Notes: generated from the letters alone by a model not told the origin. DNA of 62,295 nt, filler included, from Globobulimina sp. (GCA_003354225.1; 10 parts of 10 records of this genome joined end to end with filler, not necessarily neighbours in it), one strand, 5' to 3'; positions 10,453 through 21,639 are shown, numbered from the whole stretch's first letter. Translations and numbers: made by a program.

Positions 10453-11655
10453 ATGTCAGACAACAAAGAAGAAGAACGCAAAGAGATCGAATTAAATGGT
10501 TGTGATGATTTCCATGTTCATTTGAGAAATGAAGAGAGTTTACCATTATTAGTGGAACATGCCAGTATTCAAATTGAACGAGGATTGGTAATGCCAAATA
10601 CGAAACCGCCGATATTGAATGTAGGTGATGCAGAAACATATTATAAAACCATACTAAAATACATCCCCAATGGACAATCATTTGAACCATTAATGACATT
10701 ATATTTAACCGATTCGACCACAATTAATGATGTATATGATGCGTATAAATCCGATATTGTATATGCATTCAAATTATATCCCAAAAATGCAACAACAAAT
10801 TCAAAGTTTGGTGTTGCAAATATTAAATCAGAAAATATAAAAAACATTTTAAAAGAAATGGAGAAATACGGATTAATATTATGCGTTCACGGCGAATGTA
10901 ATATAAATGATAAAACAAATCAATTTATTGATATTTTTGAGAGGGAGCATGCGTTCGTTGATAACGAATTGAAATATATTTTATCGGAATTTCCAAATTT
11001 AAAAGTTGTTTTGGAACATGTTACGACGAAAAAATCCGTTGATTTTATTATGGATTATTATCAAAACAAAGAAGATAAATCGAAATTAAATATTGCAGCA
11101 ACAATTACAGCGCATCATTTACTCAATAATCGGAATAATATTTTTGAAGGAAATAAAATCAATCCACATTTATTTTGCTTACCAATTTTAAAAACGAAGA
11201 ATGACCAAATTGCGTTAATAAATGCAGCAATTAGTGGTTTACCATATTTTTTTGCTGGAAGCGACAGTGCGCCGCATACTAAAAATACAAAAGAATGTTC
11301 GCATGGATGTGCTGGAATATATACAATGTACAATATTGTGAGTTTATATGCGGAAACATTTGATAAATATAATGCTATGCATCAATTAAATTCGTTTTTA
11401 ACTCAGTTTGGTGCCGCCTTTTATGGGGTTGAACGGAATAAAAATAAAATAAAATTAATTAAAAAAACAACTAAAATTGTTGACTCATTTAATTATATTA
11501 ATAATGATGGTTTAGTGCCTTTTATGGCTGGTGATGAGTTAAAGTGGTGTTTACAAAGGCAATTAAAATATGAATATCATGCTGAAAAAGTATATGAACC
11601 AAAAGGAAGTCTGTTAAAAAAAATTAATGATTGTATTGATGTTGTTAATACTTAA
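10453..11655 (+). CDS. pyrC: Dihydroorotase, homodimeric (type II, E. coli PyrC/yeast URA4-like)
   Basis: DFHVHLR, VMPN, KLYP...TTNS, VHGE, LEHVTT, HHL, CLPILK and GSDSAPH motifs. Confidence 0.95.
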   Translation: MSDNKEEERKEIELNGCDDFHVHLRNEESLPLLVEHASIQIERGLVMPNTKPPILNVGDAETYYKTILKYIPNGQSFEPLMTLYLTDSTTINDVYDAYKSDIVYAFKLYPKNATTNSKFGVANIKSENIKNILKEMEKYGLILCVHGECNINDKTNQFIDIFEREHAFVDNELKYILSEFPNLKVVLEHVTTKKSVDFIMDYYQNKEDKSKLNIAATITAHHLLNNRNNIFEGNKINPHLFCLPILKTKNDQIALINAAISGLPYFFAGSDSAPHTKNTKECSHGCAGIYTMYNIVSLYAETFDKYNAMHQLNSFLTQFGAAFYGVERNKNKIKLIKKTTKIVDSFNYINNDGLVPFMAGDELKWCLQRQLKYEYHAEKVYEPKGSLLKKINDCIDVVNT

Positions 11656-11712
11656 AAATATTTTTTGATTTATTATTAATATAACTCAGCATTTTCTTTT
11701 AACTCTGACACA

Positions 11713-12290
11713 ATGGCAACTTCGAATTCTGCTCCTAAGTATTCCACATTTTCAGCATCAACAGTCCAGCCATCCAATCTTGATTGCAAGCACGAAAGCC
11801 AATGGAACCAATGTTGTTGTTTTTTGTGTAGATTATCATCGTCGTTTATCCTCCATCCCGTAGGTCCTTTTCGCGCAATCTGGGATGGCGTTGTAATGGT
11901 ATTACTCATTTACACATCGATCGAAATACCATATGCATTTGCATTTGGCCAATCAACCTATATTCTCTGGATTGGTTTATTTGTTGACTGTATACTATTC
12001 ACTGACATTTTATTCAATTTCCATACTGCATATTTTGACAAATATGATAATTTGCGGCTAGTTACAAATAAGAAATACATCTGTCAGAAGTATCTGAGAA
12101 CGTGGTTTCTTATCGACTTTGCAACCTGCATTCCCTTTGAATTTATAGATTATAATCAAAATATGAATAATGTGTACGATGCCGATTCATCATCCGATGC
12201 GTTAATGTATATTAAAATACTGCGCATTTTCAGATTATTACGGATAATTAAACTATTTCGTTTATTCAAAATTGTCAAAATATTTGATGT
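11713..12290 (+). CDS. KCNH/CNG/HCN-type cation channel, S1-S4 part (truncated)
   Basis: ILHP...WD, DILFNFHTAY, YLRTWFLIDFATCIPF and an Arg-rich S4 LRIFRLLRIIKLFRL. Confidence 0.9.
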
Positions 12291-12411
12291 TTTCAACCCT
12301 ACAAACCACCAAATGCACGCTGTTGTTTCTCTACGTACTGACTCGATTTGGATATAATTATAACAAATATCTGTACGTACAAACCTGCAAAATGTGCAAA
12401 TATTAGCATAC
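12291..12411 (-). CDS. S5 segment of the same channel type in inverted orientation (intron 12320-12384)
   Basis: The minus strand splices to MLIFAHFA|ACIWWFVGL, the AHxxACIW S5 motif of KCNH/CNG channels. Confidence 0.75.
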
Positions 12412-12511
12412 NNNNNNNNNNNNNNNNNNNNNNNNNNNNNNNNNNNNNNNNNNNNTTAATTAATTAANNNNNNNNNNNNNNNNNNNNNNNNNNNNNNNNN
12501 NNNNNNNNNNN
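12412..12511. other. Artificial contig spacer
   Basis: N44-TTAATTAATTAA-N44. Confidence 0.99.
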
Positions 12512-12905
12512 TCTCAAACAACTACTTTTTTTGCTAAAGTTTTTCTTCAGTACATTATTATATAAATCCACAACTGAATGTCGTCTGCTAATTCGAAAAT
12601 AGCGAGAGAAGACAAATACAGATTTACACCAAAACAGCGACATGAAATCATAATCGCCACAATGGCAAAATATAAAAATCATTTAATCGAGAAAAGAAAA
12701 TATAAAAAATATTGCCGCACAAACAAATGCTAAATTTAATAAAACACAAAATTTAAATCAATTGAATGCAAATAAAGCAACAATAATTTAAACATAAGGA
12801 TTGAATCAATCATGTTTGATAAACAAATCTTTAACATCTTTTAGGACTGAAACTTTTTCTTTACTGTGTTGTTTTTGTATCATAGGAACCAATACAACAC
12901 ATTGA

Positions 12906-14527
12906 CTATTTTACTACAATTAAATGTGTCAGATTTAAAGATTTTATATTTTTTATAATAGCATGTCCTCCCAGAGATTGTAAAATATTTATCACAGACG
13001 ATACAAATAAACCTAATCTTATTTTAGTTTCTTGAATCTCAATATCGTCATATTTATCCACTGCAAATGCACATAAATTGCAAAATATAAATATCAAACT
13101 CTGATCAAAGTATTGTTTATGTAATAATTTAGCAAATAATGTCGATAAATGTCGGCAATAACCATCCCCTCCAATTAACATCATATCATTAAAATTCTCT
13201 GCCAAATGTGCTGAAAATATTGTATTGTTATTAGTTATTAATTTCTTCTCAAATAAAATCAATATTAAATCAAGATTATCTCAATATTATTTTCTAATTT
13301 TTGATTAATAAATAAATAATTAATTATTTTGCCCCAAAATTCTTTATGTTGCTGTTGTATGGTTAAATAATATTTATTTACAAATTGTAGAATAATATTC
13401 AAACCAATTTGTTTCCTAAAATATTGATCCACACACTCCATCAATTCATAATACATTAAGTTAAAGCCAGTTGTATCATTTCCATTTTTAGATAAAAATT
13501 GTGTCAATGTCATATCATTAATTTGCGAGTTATCATATTGTAAATGCCTTAAATACTGATCAAAAATAAGTAATTGTTTCGAGAACCCAGTGTTTGGACA
13601 TATTATATGTCGCTTTGCTTTTACATATTGCAAAGCATTGACCATTGCGATTTTTTTTGCATACATTAAATATGCAATTATCACTGTCGACGATCGACTG
13701 ATTCCGGCTTGACAGTGACAGAGTATTTTGTTGTTGTCATCACTGTCAAAAGCATCGGTTATAAAATTAATTGTTTTTATAAAATAGCGAATAATTTTTT
13801 CTTTTTGATTGTCTGCAATTGGAATTTCCAGATATTTGATATTTACTGATTGGGTTTTCTCATCCAATTGGTGCAAACATCCAATATCTTGCGTACAATT
13901 AATAATATGAGTAATATTTAAATCATTTAATATTTTTTTGCAAAGCGCATGTTGAGCATTGCCTAAATATAACTTATTATTGATGATATTTGACGGATAT
14001 AATACTATATTATCTGCATTAATATTTAACATTAGCCCCAAATATTCATTTAGCAATAAGTCTGTTTGTGTTTTCTGTTTCTGTTTGTTTTTAATAATTA
14101 TCTTATCGTTGCATAAGAAAGGAAACATGTTTTCAAATTGTTTGTAGTTACAATTAAGAATATTTATCACAAGAACTGTTTTCGATAATAAAATATTTCT
14201 GATAATTTGAGATATTTTTATGTAAACGTTTTCATTTATTTTCTCTGGTTCGTCACTATAAAACCATATATGTGATAACATACAGGTTTGTTGTGCCAGG
14301 ATATGATGCAAATTATCTTTTAATATTTCGTATTGATCCTGTGACGAACAGTTAATTGGTACGTTAATTGCATGTACAATATGTTTCAATTTGTAGTTAT
14401 TATTGCTTCTCATATCAATGAATAATTTATTGAACGGGAATTGTAAGTCATTATATAATTCATAACGTACACATTCGTTTATCTTTTCTTCACTTTGTTT
14501 TGTCTCTGCGATGTTCGAAAGCATCAA
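12906..14527 (-). CDS. Dual-specificity (MAPK-phosphatase-like) phosphatase with N-terminal rhodanese-like domain; probable extra 3' exon 12906-13279
   Basis: FIDMRS...HIVHAINVP (rhodanese-like), LYLGN, THIINC, IPIAD, HCQAGISRS and ICPNTGF motifs; the downstream ORF can be joined by a 53-nt GC-AG intron 13280-13332 (uncertain). Confidence 0.85.
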
Positions 14528-14721
14528 CGAAATTAAGTTTTTTTACTGAAGTCCAAAACAACTAAGAAACTAGCAACATGGCGACGTTATCCTTAAACAA
14601 AATGAAATCTAAATTAACCACAAGGAACAGTTTCACCGGCAGAGCAATGGAACGTATGTGATTTGCATATTTTTATGTGAGTGCTTTATATGTATATGAA
14701 TTCTAATAATATACCAAAGGA

Positions 14722-16989
14722 ATGACAAAAGAGAAACTCTTTGAACTCTTCAACGGTGATTCCAATTACATGTCGTGGGAAGAGACCTACATTCAACGCA
14801 GGTTCCACCCACAACAGTACCTCCACAAAATACGCAAACAACGCAGAGAAACGTTCGAAGCCGAACGAAACAAACACATTATGCTCAACAACGACAATAA
14901 AAACTTAATAAACTTAAACTCAATGTTGCAAAACGAAGAGCAGCACGACATTGCCATCCAGCAAAGATTCGAACGCTTTCTGTCCTCCCACGGCAACACA
15001 GATAAACCGTTATTGATCTTAGACGTCGACAACACAATGATTTATACTCGCTTCTTCAGCGAGGAATTGCGTATTGGCGACATCTGCACTTATTTTGGCG
15101 CAAACTATCAATGCGTGACAAAAAACAACAGCGCCATCCTCAAAATCCGGCTAACACTCTCCTTAGAAATCACTCACAATCAACTCATCGACGTGTTTGG
15201 TTCTGAGAGAGGGGAACATTTTTATTGGACCAGCAACAATGTCGACATCCAAAAATATAAAAAAAACAACATGTTTGAATACCCCTTGAACAGCAACAAC
15301 AGCGTTGAATTCATTGCGTGCCGCATCAGAAAAGTGGAGATCTCCGGTGTGGTGATCCAAGTCAATAACATGGAAATAAGGGAGGAAATCGAGATAGATT
15401 TCACCGCAGCAAACGACAATTTGAACAGATTTGAGCCGCCGCTGCAACGCGCTGGAATGCTGAGCGTCGATTTTATTTACGAGGGCTTCTTAGTGCGTTT
15501 GCGGCCGAATTTGGATGAATTTATGGAATATATACAGGATGAATACGACGTTGTGCTCTATACGTCTGCGAATAAGATTATTTACCAAGGTTTGCTGCAG
15601 CAATTACATGTGTTTATTAATGAGACCTTGGGGCAGGAAAAGGACATTTTGTTGTGGCGGGAGGTGTTGTTTCGCGATGATTGCATATTGAAATATGACC
15701 ATCGCGGCAAGCCGTACCATCAGAAGGATTTGACTTTGTTTGCTTGCGACTTAAGTCGGGTGGTGATGGTGGATAATTCGCCCATTGTGTGCCATGGACA
15801 GGAACCGAATTTGATATTAATTTCAGATTTCTTTGGGAAGCAACAGGTCGATGCTGATGATGAGCTGATGGAAGTTTATCAATTATTGGACGCCATTGCT
15901 GTGATTAAAGGCGACATTCGATACTTTTTGTGTGGTTTGGAAGAGGATGACAATGAAACGGTGGATGTGTCGACGGAGCAGAAATGTTTTGATTTGGCAT
16001 CGAAATTAATTGCAGCGATGGAAGCTTATTATAATGAGAAAATACATGTTTTTGCAACTGATGCTGATGGGAATATGAATATGCATTTGATTGATGATGA
16101 TATGATGGATGACTTTGAGTTGGATGAATTTAAAAATATGAATGAGAATCTGTTGAAATATGAGGAGATATTTGACGATTTGCAGTTGAATGTGGTGACT
16201 GCAGTCGGTGACTGTGACTGTGATGGAATGGAATATGAAGAGATTATTTTGGATGATATGAGCGATATTAATAACGAAGCAAAATATGATAGGAATAGTG
16301 TGAATTTTGGTACTTTCATCCCACCAAAACATAGCAAGACAGACAGTATTATTTCAGTGCGGGATTTGGATGTAATCAAACAAGAAAAGCAAGAGATAAA
16401 AAATAAGAAAAATAAGGTCTCCTTTTGGAAAGACACTGACTTTGCCAATAAAGGCAAAGCCGCTGCGACCCCGACGAGGAAAAGGAAGCGATCCTCGATA
16501 TTAAACTCAATGGCTCCGAAACCTTCGTCGATGCAAATGTTGCGCAACAATTCGAATCACGAGGATTTTTTTGTGTTGCTATTGCAGCAATTATGTAAAC
16601 AGCAAATGGGCGATTTTGCATTGGATAACAAAGATATTTTGGTGCAGATTCAGCAGAAGAATAAGGAGAAAATATCCGAGCAACAGAGTGAGATTAAAAG
16701 ATTGGAAGTGGTGTTAAGTGAATTGAAGAGAGAGAAGAAAGAGAAAGAAAAGAATGAGATTATTGAGTTACGGAATGAGAATAAGAGATTGATGCAAGAA
16801 TTGAAGGATGTGGGTAAAAATATAAATGCATTGACAGAGAATAAAAATAAGGTCCAGGAGGATATAAATGATGTGATTGAGCAGAAGATAAAATATATTA
16901 AGAGCGTGCATGATGAGATTGAACATTACAAGCAATTAATTAAACAGATTGCGACCAATAATCTCACGGTCACTTTGTCCGTTGAATAG
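14722..16989 (+). CDS. NIF/FCP1-SCP family HAD phosphatase with acidic region and C-terminal coiled coil
   Basis: LILDVDNT (DxDxT), RLRPNLDEF, LYTSA, KDL and MVDNSP motifs. Confidence 0.9.
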   Translation: MTKEKLFELFNGDSNYMSWEETYIQRRFHPQQYLHKIRKQRRETFEAERNKHIMLNNDNKNLINLNSMLQNEEQHDIAIQQRFERFLSSHGNTDKPLLILDVDNTMIYTRFFSEELRIGDICTYFGANYQCVTKNNSAILKIRLTLSLEITHNQLIDVFGSERGEHFYWTSNNVDIQKYKKNNMFEYPLNSNNSVEFIACRIRKVEISGVVIQVNNMEIREEIEIDFTAANDNLNRFEPPLQRAGMLSVDFIYEGFLVRLRPNLDEFMEYIQDEYDVVLYTSANKIIYQGLLQQLHVFINETLGQEKDILLWREVLFRDDCILKYDHRGKPYHQKDLTLFACDLSRVVMVDNSPIVCHGQEPNLILISDFFGKQQVDADDELMEVYQLLDAIAVIKGDIRYFLCGLEEDDNETVDVSTEQKCFDLASKLIAAMEAYYNEKIHVFATDADGNMNMHLIDDDMMDDFELDEFKNMNENLLKYEEIFDDLQLNVVTAVGDCDCDGMEYEEIILDDMSDINNEAKYDRNSVNFGTFIPPKHSKTDSIISVRDLDVIKQEKQEIKNKKNKVSFWKDTDFANKGKAAATPTRKRKRSSILNSMAPKPSSMQMLRNNSNHEDFFVLLLQQLCKQQMGDFALDNKDILVQIQQKNKEKISEQQSEIKRLEVVLSELKREKKEKEKNEIIELRNENKRLMQELKDVGKNINALTENKNKVQEDINDVIEQKIKYIKSVHDEIEHYKQLIKQIATNNLTVTLSVE

Positions 16990-17309
16990 ATTATATATAT
17001 CATATGTATGTATATCGACGATATATTAATTGTGGATGTTTTATTAAATGTGTGTGTATTATTTAATTGCATGTAACACCGTGTTTTTTGTGATTGAGAT
17101 CATGTCTTTTTTTTGTTTATTTCAAAACATTTTGTATTGTTGACATCAGTTTAGGGTATCGATTTGTTTGCGTAGGTCGACACTAAAAAAACGTGTAATT
17201 TGTTGTGTGTTTCTAGCTCGTTTCAGATCGTGTGTTTCAGATAAATTACAGCACTCATCCTACCACATACAAATTAATTATATTACAATTACAAGAAACC
17301 ATTTATAAA

Positions 17310-18149
17310 TTAGCGCTTTAATAACGAGTCAGCCGCAGTTAAACACGGATTATCAACCAACACGGCATGTTCTTTATCCATAACTGCAAAAACTGTATAT
17401 CCGACAAGCCATTGTTCATCAGACTCCATTGGATGAATCATATGGTTGCTGGCTTTACTTTGAATATTTATAAAATGCCCTTTTGGATGGTTTGCATCGT
17501 ATTGTTTTTCACAATGAACATGGAATAGCACACAAAATAATTTTTGCTGATTCTCATTTATTTCCGCCACTAAATATGATTCCAATTCAATTAATAATTC
17601 GCTTTCTCGGTTTGGATCGAACCATCCTTTGGGATTCGCAAATATTGACAACTCCTCATTTGATGTATTATGTAATCCGTATTTATCATAAAACACTGTT
17701 TGTTTCTCAATATGGAGAGTACGCGGTACATTTAGATACCATTCCTTTCGATATTGATAAATTCCGGGCGATGTATTCATACATTCCTGCGGTTCCTCGC
17801 CCTTTCGATCGGTTTTATGTCTTCGAATGAATTGAATCCAATGGAATTTATGTATATCATTAATCACTGATTGGTTAAGATTTAACTTAAATTGTAGAGA
17901 AACGTATTTATGATCCCCATCAATATCAAAATTAATTCTTTTTTTGTCGCTTCGTTCACAAATTACATCCTTGTAAACGTGTACTTTTCCTAAATTGGTA
18001 CCATTTGGCAGTGTACAATTTGCATTCTTTTGTGGTACTTTTGTGGATTCTTTGCGTTGTAGCCAGTTATTAGGATAGCGTTTGTTTAATGTGGCGGTTA
18101 TCGGAATAGCAGCGACTATAACAAAAAGTTTGCGTGTCCAGGAGAACAT
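17310..18149 (-). CDS. Hypothetical protein with possible mitochondrial presequence
   Basis: 279-aa intronless ORF; basic N-terminus with no acidic residues. Confidence 0.6.
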   Translation of the reverse strand: MFSWTRKLFVIVAAIPITATLNKRYPNNWLQRKESTKVPQKNANCTLPNGTNLGKVHVYKDVICERSDKKRINFDIDGDHKYVSLQFKLNLNQSVINDIHKFHWIQFIRRHKTDRKGEEPQECMNTSPGIYQYRKEWYLNVPRTLHIEKQTVFYDKYGLHNTSNEELSIFANPKGWFDPNRESELLIELESYLVAEINENQQKLFCVLFHVHCEKQYDANHPKGHFINIQSKASNHMIHPMESDEQWLVGYTVFAVMDKEHAVLVDNPCLTAADSLLKR

Positions 18150-18235
18150 GTTAAAAAAAAGGATTTAGGATCGGCACGGTTTTTTCTTCCACGAAATGTT
18201 ATGGCGTTTGGTGCAATATTTATTTGCAAAACAAA

Positions 18236-18658
18236 TTATGAATCCACATTTATTTGAATTGTATCTTGCCAGTATAATTTATAAATTTGTGGCGGTTGTA
18301 CAGTGTCATTAAATATGAGCAGTTGCCAATATTGAAAATCATGTCCTTTTAAATGATCGGAAGCACTTTTCCATCTATCACCAGTCCATAAATACTGTAT
18401 TAATCCATTTCTTTCATCTTTAATTTGTGCAATAAAGTTTTGTTGTGCATGGATAATGACTCTATTTTCATTCTCCATTTTATTTATATTCGTATTACTT
18501 TCGAAATACGGGCCTAACGCACTTTTATTACTTAAATATATTTTAGCATCAGATCCTTCGCTACAAAAACAACAGCAATGCCCAAATATTAAATAATACC
18601 ATCCATTCCTTTTAAACATAGCCGGTGCTTCGTGATATCCCACTGTTTTGCGATGCAA
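18236..18658 (-). CDS. Glycoside hydrolase family 43 (GH43_24-like beta-propeller), C-terminal fragment
   Basis: EAPAMFKRNGWYYL, LGPY, AQ and YLWTGDRW motifs; cut at the contig end. Confidence 0.8.
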   Translation of the reverse strand: MHRKTVGYHEAPAMFKRNGWYYLIFGHCCCFCSEGSDAKIYLSNKSALGPYFESNTNINKMENENRVIIHAQQNFIAQIKDERNGLIQYLWTGDRWKSASDHLKGHDFQYWQLLIFNDTVQPPQIYKLYWQDTIQINVDS

Positions 18659-18659
18659 T

Positions 18660-18759
18660 NNNNNNNNNNNNNNNNNNNNNNNNNNNNNNNNNNNNNNNNN
18701 NNNTTAATTAATTAANNNNNNNNNNNNNNNNNNNNNNNNNNNNNNNNNNNNNNNNNNNN
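18660..18759. other. Artificial contig spacer
   Basis: N44-TTAATTAATTAA-N44. Confidence 0.99.
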
Positions 18760-19271
18760 GCTGTGGCCGCTTCGATCATTTGTTTCTCAGATAACCCTAA
18801 CTTTTCACCTGCTTGCTGATACGAATTGACGGTTTCCCGTTGTTTCAATTGCGCCTGTCGCAAATTCTCTTGACGCGCATTCTCTGCTTGCTGTTGCAAG
18901 AGAGTTTGAGTTGTGTCAAAAGCTGCCGCTGCTGTGATCGCCTCGTCTCTTGCCGTGATTTGTGTCTCGTAATCATCGGCGAATTGATCCGGCGCTTGAG
19001 GAATGTCGGGCCGTGACGCGGGGGGCTTTTGCGCTTCGATTTCTTTTAAACGGGCCTCTGCTTGGTCCGCCCTGCGCATCGCCTCTTTTGCCTGTCTGAC
19101 TTTGCCGCCAACAATGCCATCTACTTTGCGTTGCTGCGCCTCGTCAAACGTGACCTTGGCTTCCTCTGCGGGTGATTGGTCCGCCCCTTGCGGGTTTACA
19201 GTCACTTCAGGATTTGCATTTGTCGGTGCGTCGTCCGTGTTTGCGTCTGCTTGCATCTGGTCGTCTGTCAT
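18760..19271 (-). CDS. Putative phage scaffolding protein (truncated)
   Basis: Acidic disordered N-terminus and A/Q/E-rich coiled coils, directly downstream of the portal gene. Confidence 0.65.
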
Positions 19272-19333
19272 CTAAATGGCCCATAAATGGTGGCGCCGTG
19301 CTGCCCGCACGTAAGGTATTAATATTCGTAAAT

Positions 19334-19364
19334 ACTAATATACTTAATTCTAATATACTGTCAA
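19334..19364 (-). promoter_or_regulatory. Sigma70-like phage promoter/operator, copy 1
   Basis: TTGACA-N16-TATATT containing GTATATTAG twice; 29/31 identical to 21609-21639. Confidence 0.7.
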
Positions 19365-19366
19365 AT

Positions 19367-21562
19367 TTAAACCTGTTCTTGTGTCTCGCTGACAAGATCA
19401 GAACCTTCTTTGAAATTCTCAACGATGCCCGGTCCCATAATCACGTCAACGCCAGCCGCCTCGCGGGTGGTCTTCATGGCCTGGGTTGCGGTCAGATAAT
19501 TTTTAAACATCGATGCCAATTCATCCATTTGTTGTTTGTTGGCGTTTAGCGCGTTGGTGACTTGCTGATTTTGTTCGGCAAGGGCAAGTTTTCGCTGTTC
19601 TGTGTTCGCCTGGCTCTGGAATTTCTGCATTTCAAACTGGAATTTTTGTTCTTCTAGCGTTTGTTTTCTGTCATCCAATTGAATTCGCGCTGATTTTTCC
19701 TGAATGGAAACTTCTGTTTCTTTTTGCGCGTCCTGCGCTTTGATAAGTTCAGCCTGGCCAATAAGTTCTTCAGGGGTGGGCTGTTGTCCCTGTTCTTGCT
19801 GTGCTTGCTGTATTGCGGCGAATTGCTGTTTTTCGTCTTCTGTCATCTGTTCAGGGGGAATGCCGCCCGCATTAAACAGGGCCACGCGGGCGCGCTCTGA
19901 TAATTGGTCCATACCTGGGGAATTAATGTTATTAAGAAAAATATCCTGTCCTGTTTCCATAATGGACGGCACCACTTGCGCAACTTCCAGCATTCCCGCA
20001 ACGGCTTCTTGTTGGCGGTTCTGGAAGGAAGGCCCGCTTGAACAGGTCACATCGTAAATACCTTTTGACAGGTCGTTAATTTTGACCTCTTTGCCGGTTT
20101 CCTGGTCAATAACAATGTCGTTCAGGATCTTCATGGAGAAAGATCCGTCTTCGCCCAAAATCCGCACTTGACGGCGCGCGTCATAAACCAGTGGGATTGC
20201 ATCGATTAAAATGCGGGCGGTGTGACAAATGGCCACCTCTTGCGCGCTGAAAAACTTAATCGTTCCCGTGTCGCCCTTGTCCTGCAATGCCTTAATTGCA
20301 ACGCCTGATTGCAAGCCCGGATTATCGCCCATACTGGCGGCAAATACGCCTGCGGTTTTTGTGATATTGGTAGACATGGCGTCGGTAATGGTGATCAGGC
20401 CGGGATTAACCGGGGGAGACGCGGACATAACAGGCGGACCCGGTACGGTTGGATCATTATTATACCACTGAACAGGATTTTGGTTTGTGTTCATAGTGGC
20501 AAGTGTTGCCTCATGGCCTGAACTCTGTGCGGGGGTCATCCAATACTTGCCGCGCGGCGATAGGGCCGCCTCTTCCACCATGCGCGACATGGAATAGTTC
20601 AGCACCCTTTGCGGGTCCATCAACTTTTGCACAACCCCGCGATAGAGGGATTTATTTTCAAAAACTTTATAGTTTGCATAAGTGGGAATAAGCGGAATCC
20701 AGGAGAAAACTGTTCTCTCTGACTTATTCAAAAAATCATTGCCATCAAACAGCCGTGAATACACAACTTTTTTCTTTATTTTCCGGCGTCTATCCTCAAC
20801 AACATTGGATAATTTAAGCTCTTTTTTGATTTTCCTGAAATCGGCGTTATCCTCATATACCGCGCCGTTATTCATCAAAACAAGTTCGGTTTCTTCCAGG
20901 AGAATATAATAAATCTGTCCAACGATTACCGCGTCTTTTTTATAGTAATAAGCCGTTGACACACGGTCATCACCAACAGATACACCGCTCCCCTTTGGCC
21001 ATTTCTGTTCGTATTCATCGCGCATAAAACTTTGTAAATCATAGCCATACATTGAATCTGATTTGTCTTGTTTTTCAGCGCCCGGATCAAACCAAACACG
21101 GTCAACAAAATTATAAACCGGTTCAATCATTAAATCTTGGTCGAAACTATTGTCATTAACGTGGCGTTGGGCCACACGCCAACCGTCAATACCCGCCGTA
21201 ATCATGTTGCGCGCGGCATGATTAAACACGTCGGACGCGTTTGAAACGTTTTCAATATTACGGATCAGACCATCAAGGATTTTTGCATCTTCCTTTGATG
21301 CGTCACCGCCTGCGGGGCGTACCTGAATATCAAAATCAGCCTGTTCAAGTTCGCCTGCAATCTGGTCAACAATCGGGCCAGTCTCATCAAACGTATAACG
21401 GGGTGCACCGTTGCGGGCATTCCACCAATACGGCTCCCACTGACCGTCAATTTTTTCAATAAATAAATGGGCGTCACGGGCCTGGCGTCGGTTGTCCGTT
21501 TCAACGTCCTGCGCTTCTGTAAGCTTCAAGAGGACTGTATTAATATCGGTAAAATCGGGCAT
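19367..21562 (-). CDS. P22-like phage portal protein
   Basis: 731 aa; GQW, RP-rich N-terminus, VWFDP, IPLIP, GVVQKLMDPQRVLNY, SGVAI, GIYDV...GPSFQNRQQEA, long Gln-rich C-terminal barrel. Confidence 0.9.
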   Translation of the reverse strand: MPDFTDINTVLLKLTEAQDVETDNRRQARDAHLFIEKIDGQWEPYWWNARNGAPRYTFDETGPIVDQIAGELEQADFDIQVRPAGGDASKEDAKILDGLIRNIENVSNASDVFNHAARNMITAGIDGWRVAQRHVNDNSFDQDLMIEPVYNFVDRVWFDPGAEKQDKSDSMYGYDLQSFMRDEYEQKWPKGSGVSVGDDRVSTAYYYKKDAVIVGQIYYILLEETELVLMNNGAVYEDNADFRKIKKELKLSNVVEDRRRKIKKKVVYSRLFDGNDFLNKSERTVFSWIPLIPTYANYKVFENKSLYRGVVQKLMDPQRVLNYSMSRMVEEAALSPRGKYWMTPAQSSGHEATLATMNTNQNPVQWYNNDPTVPGPPVMSASPPVNPGLITITDAMSTNITKTAGVFAASMGDNPGLQSGVAIKALQDKGDTGTIKFFSAQEVAICHTARILIDAIPLVYDARRQVRILGEDGSFSMKILNDIVIDQETGKEVKINDLSKGIYDVTCSSGPSFQNRQQEAVAGMLEVAQVVPSIMETGQDIFLNNINSPGMDQLSERARVALFNAGGIPPEQMTEDEKQQFAAIQQAQQEQGQQPTPEELIGQAELIKAQDAQKETEVSIQEKSARIQLDDRKQTLEEQKFQFEMQKFQSQANTEQRKLALAEQNQQVTNALNANKQQMDELASMFKNYLTATQAMKTTREAAGVDVIMGPGIVENFKEGSDLVSETQEQV

Positions 21563-21608
21563 TGAAGGGGGTTAACTACCTTCACATAAGACACTATTAT
21601 TAGTGAAA

Positions 21609-21639
21609 ACTAATATACCTTATTCTAATATACTGTCAA
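21609..21639 (-). promoter_or_regulatory. Sigma70-like phage promoter/operator, copy 2
   Basis: TTGACA-N16-TATATT, directly after the stop of the 94-aa gene and upstream of the portal. Confidence 0.7.
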
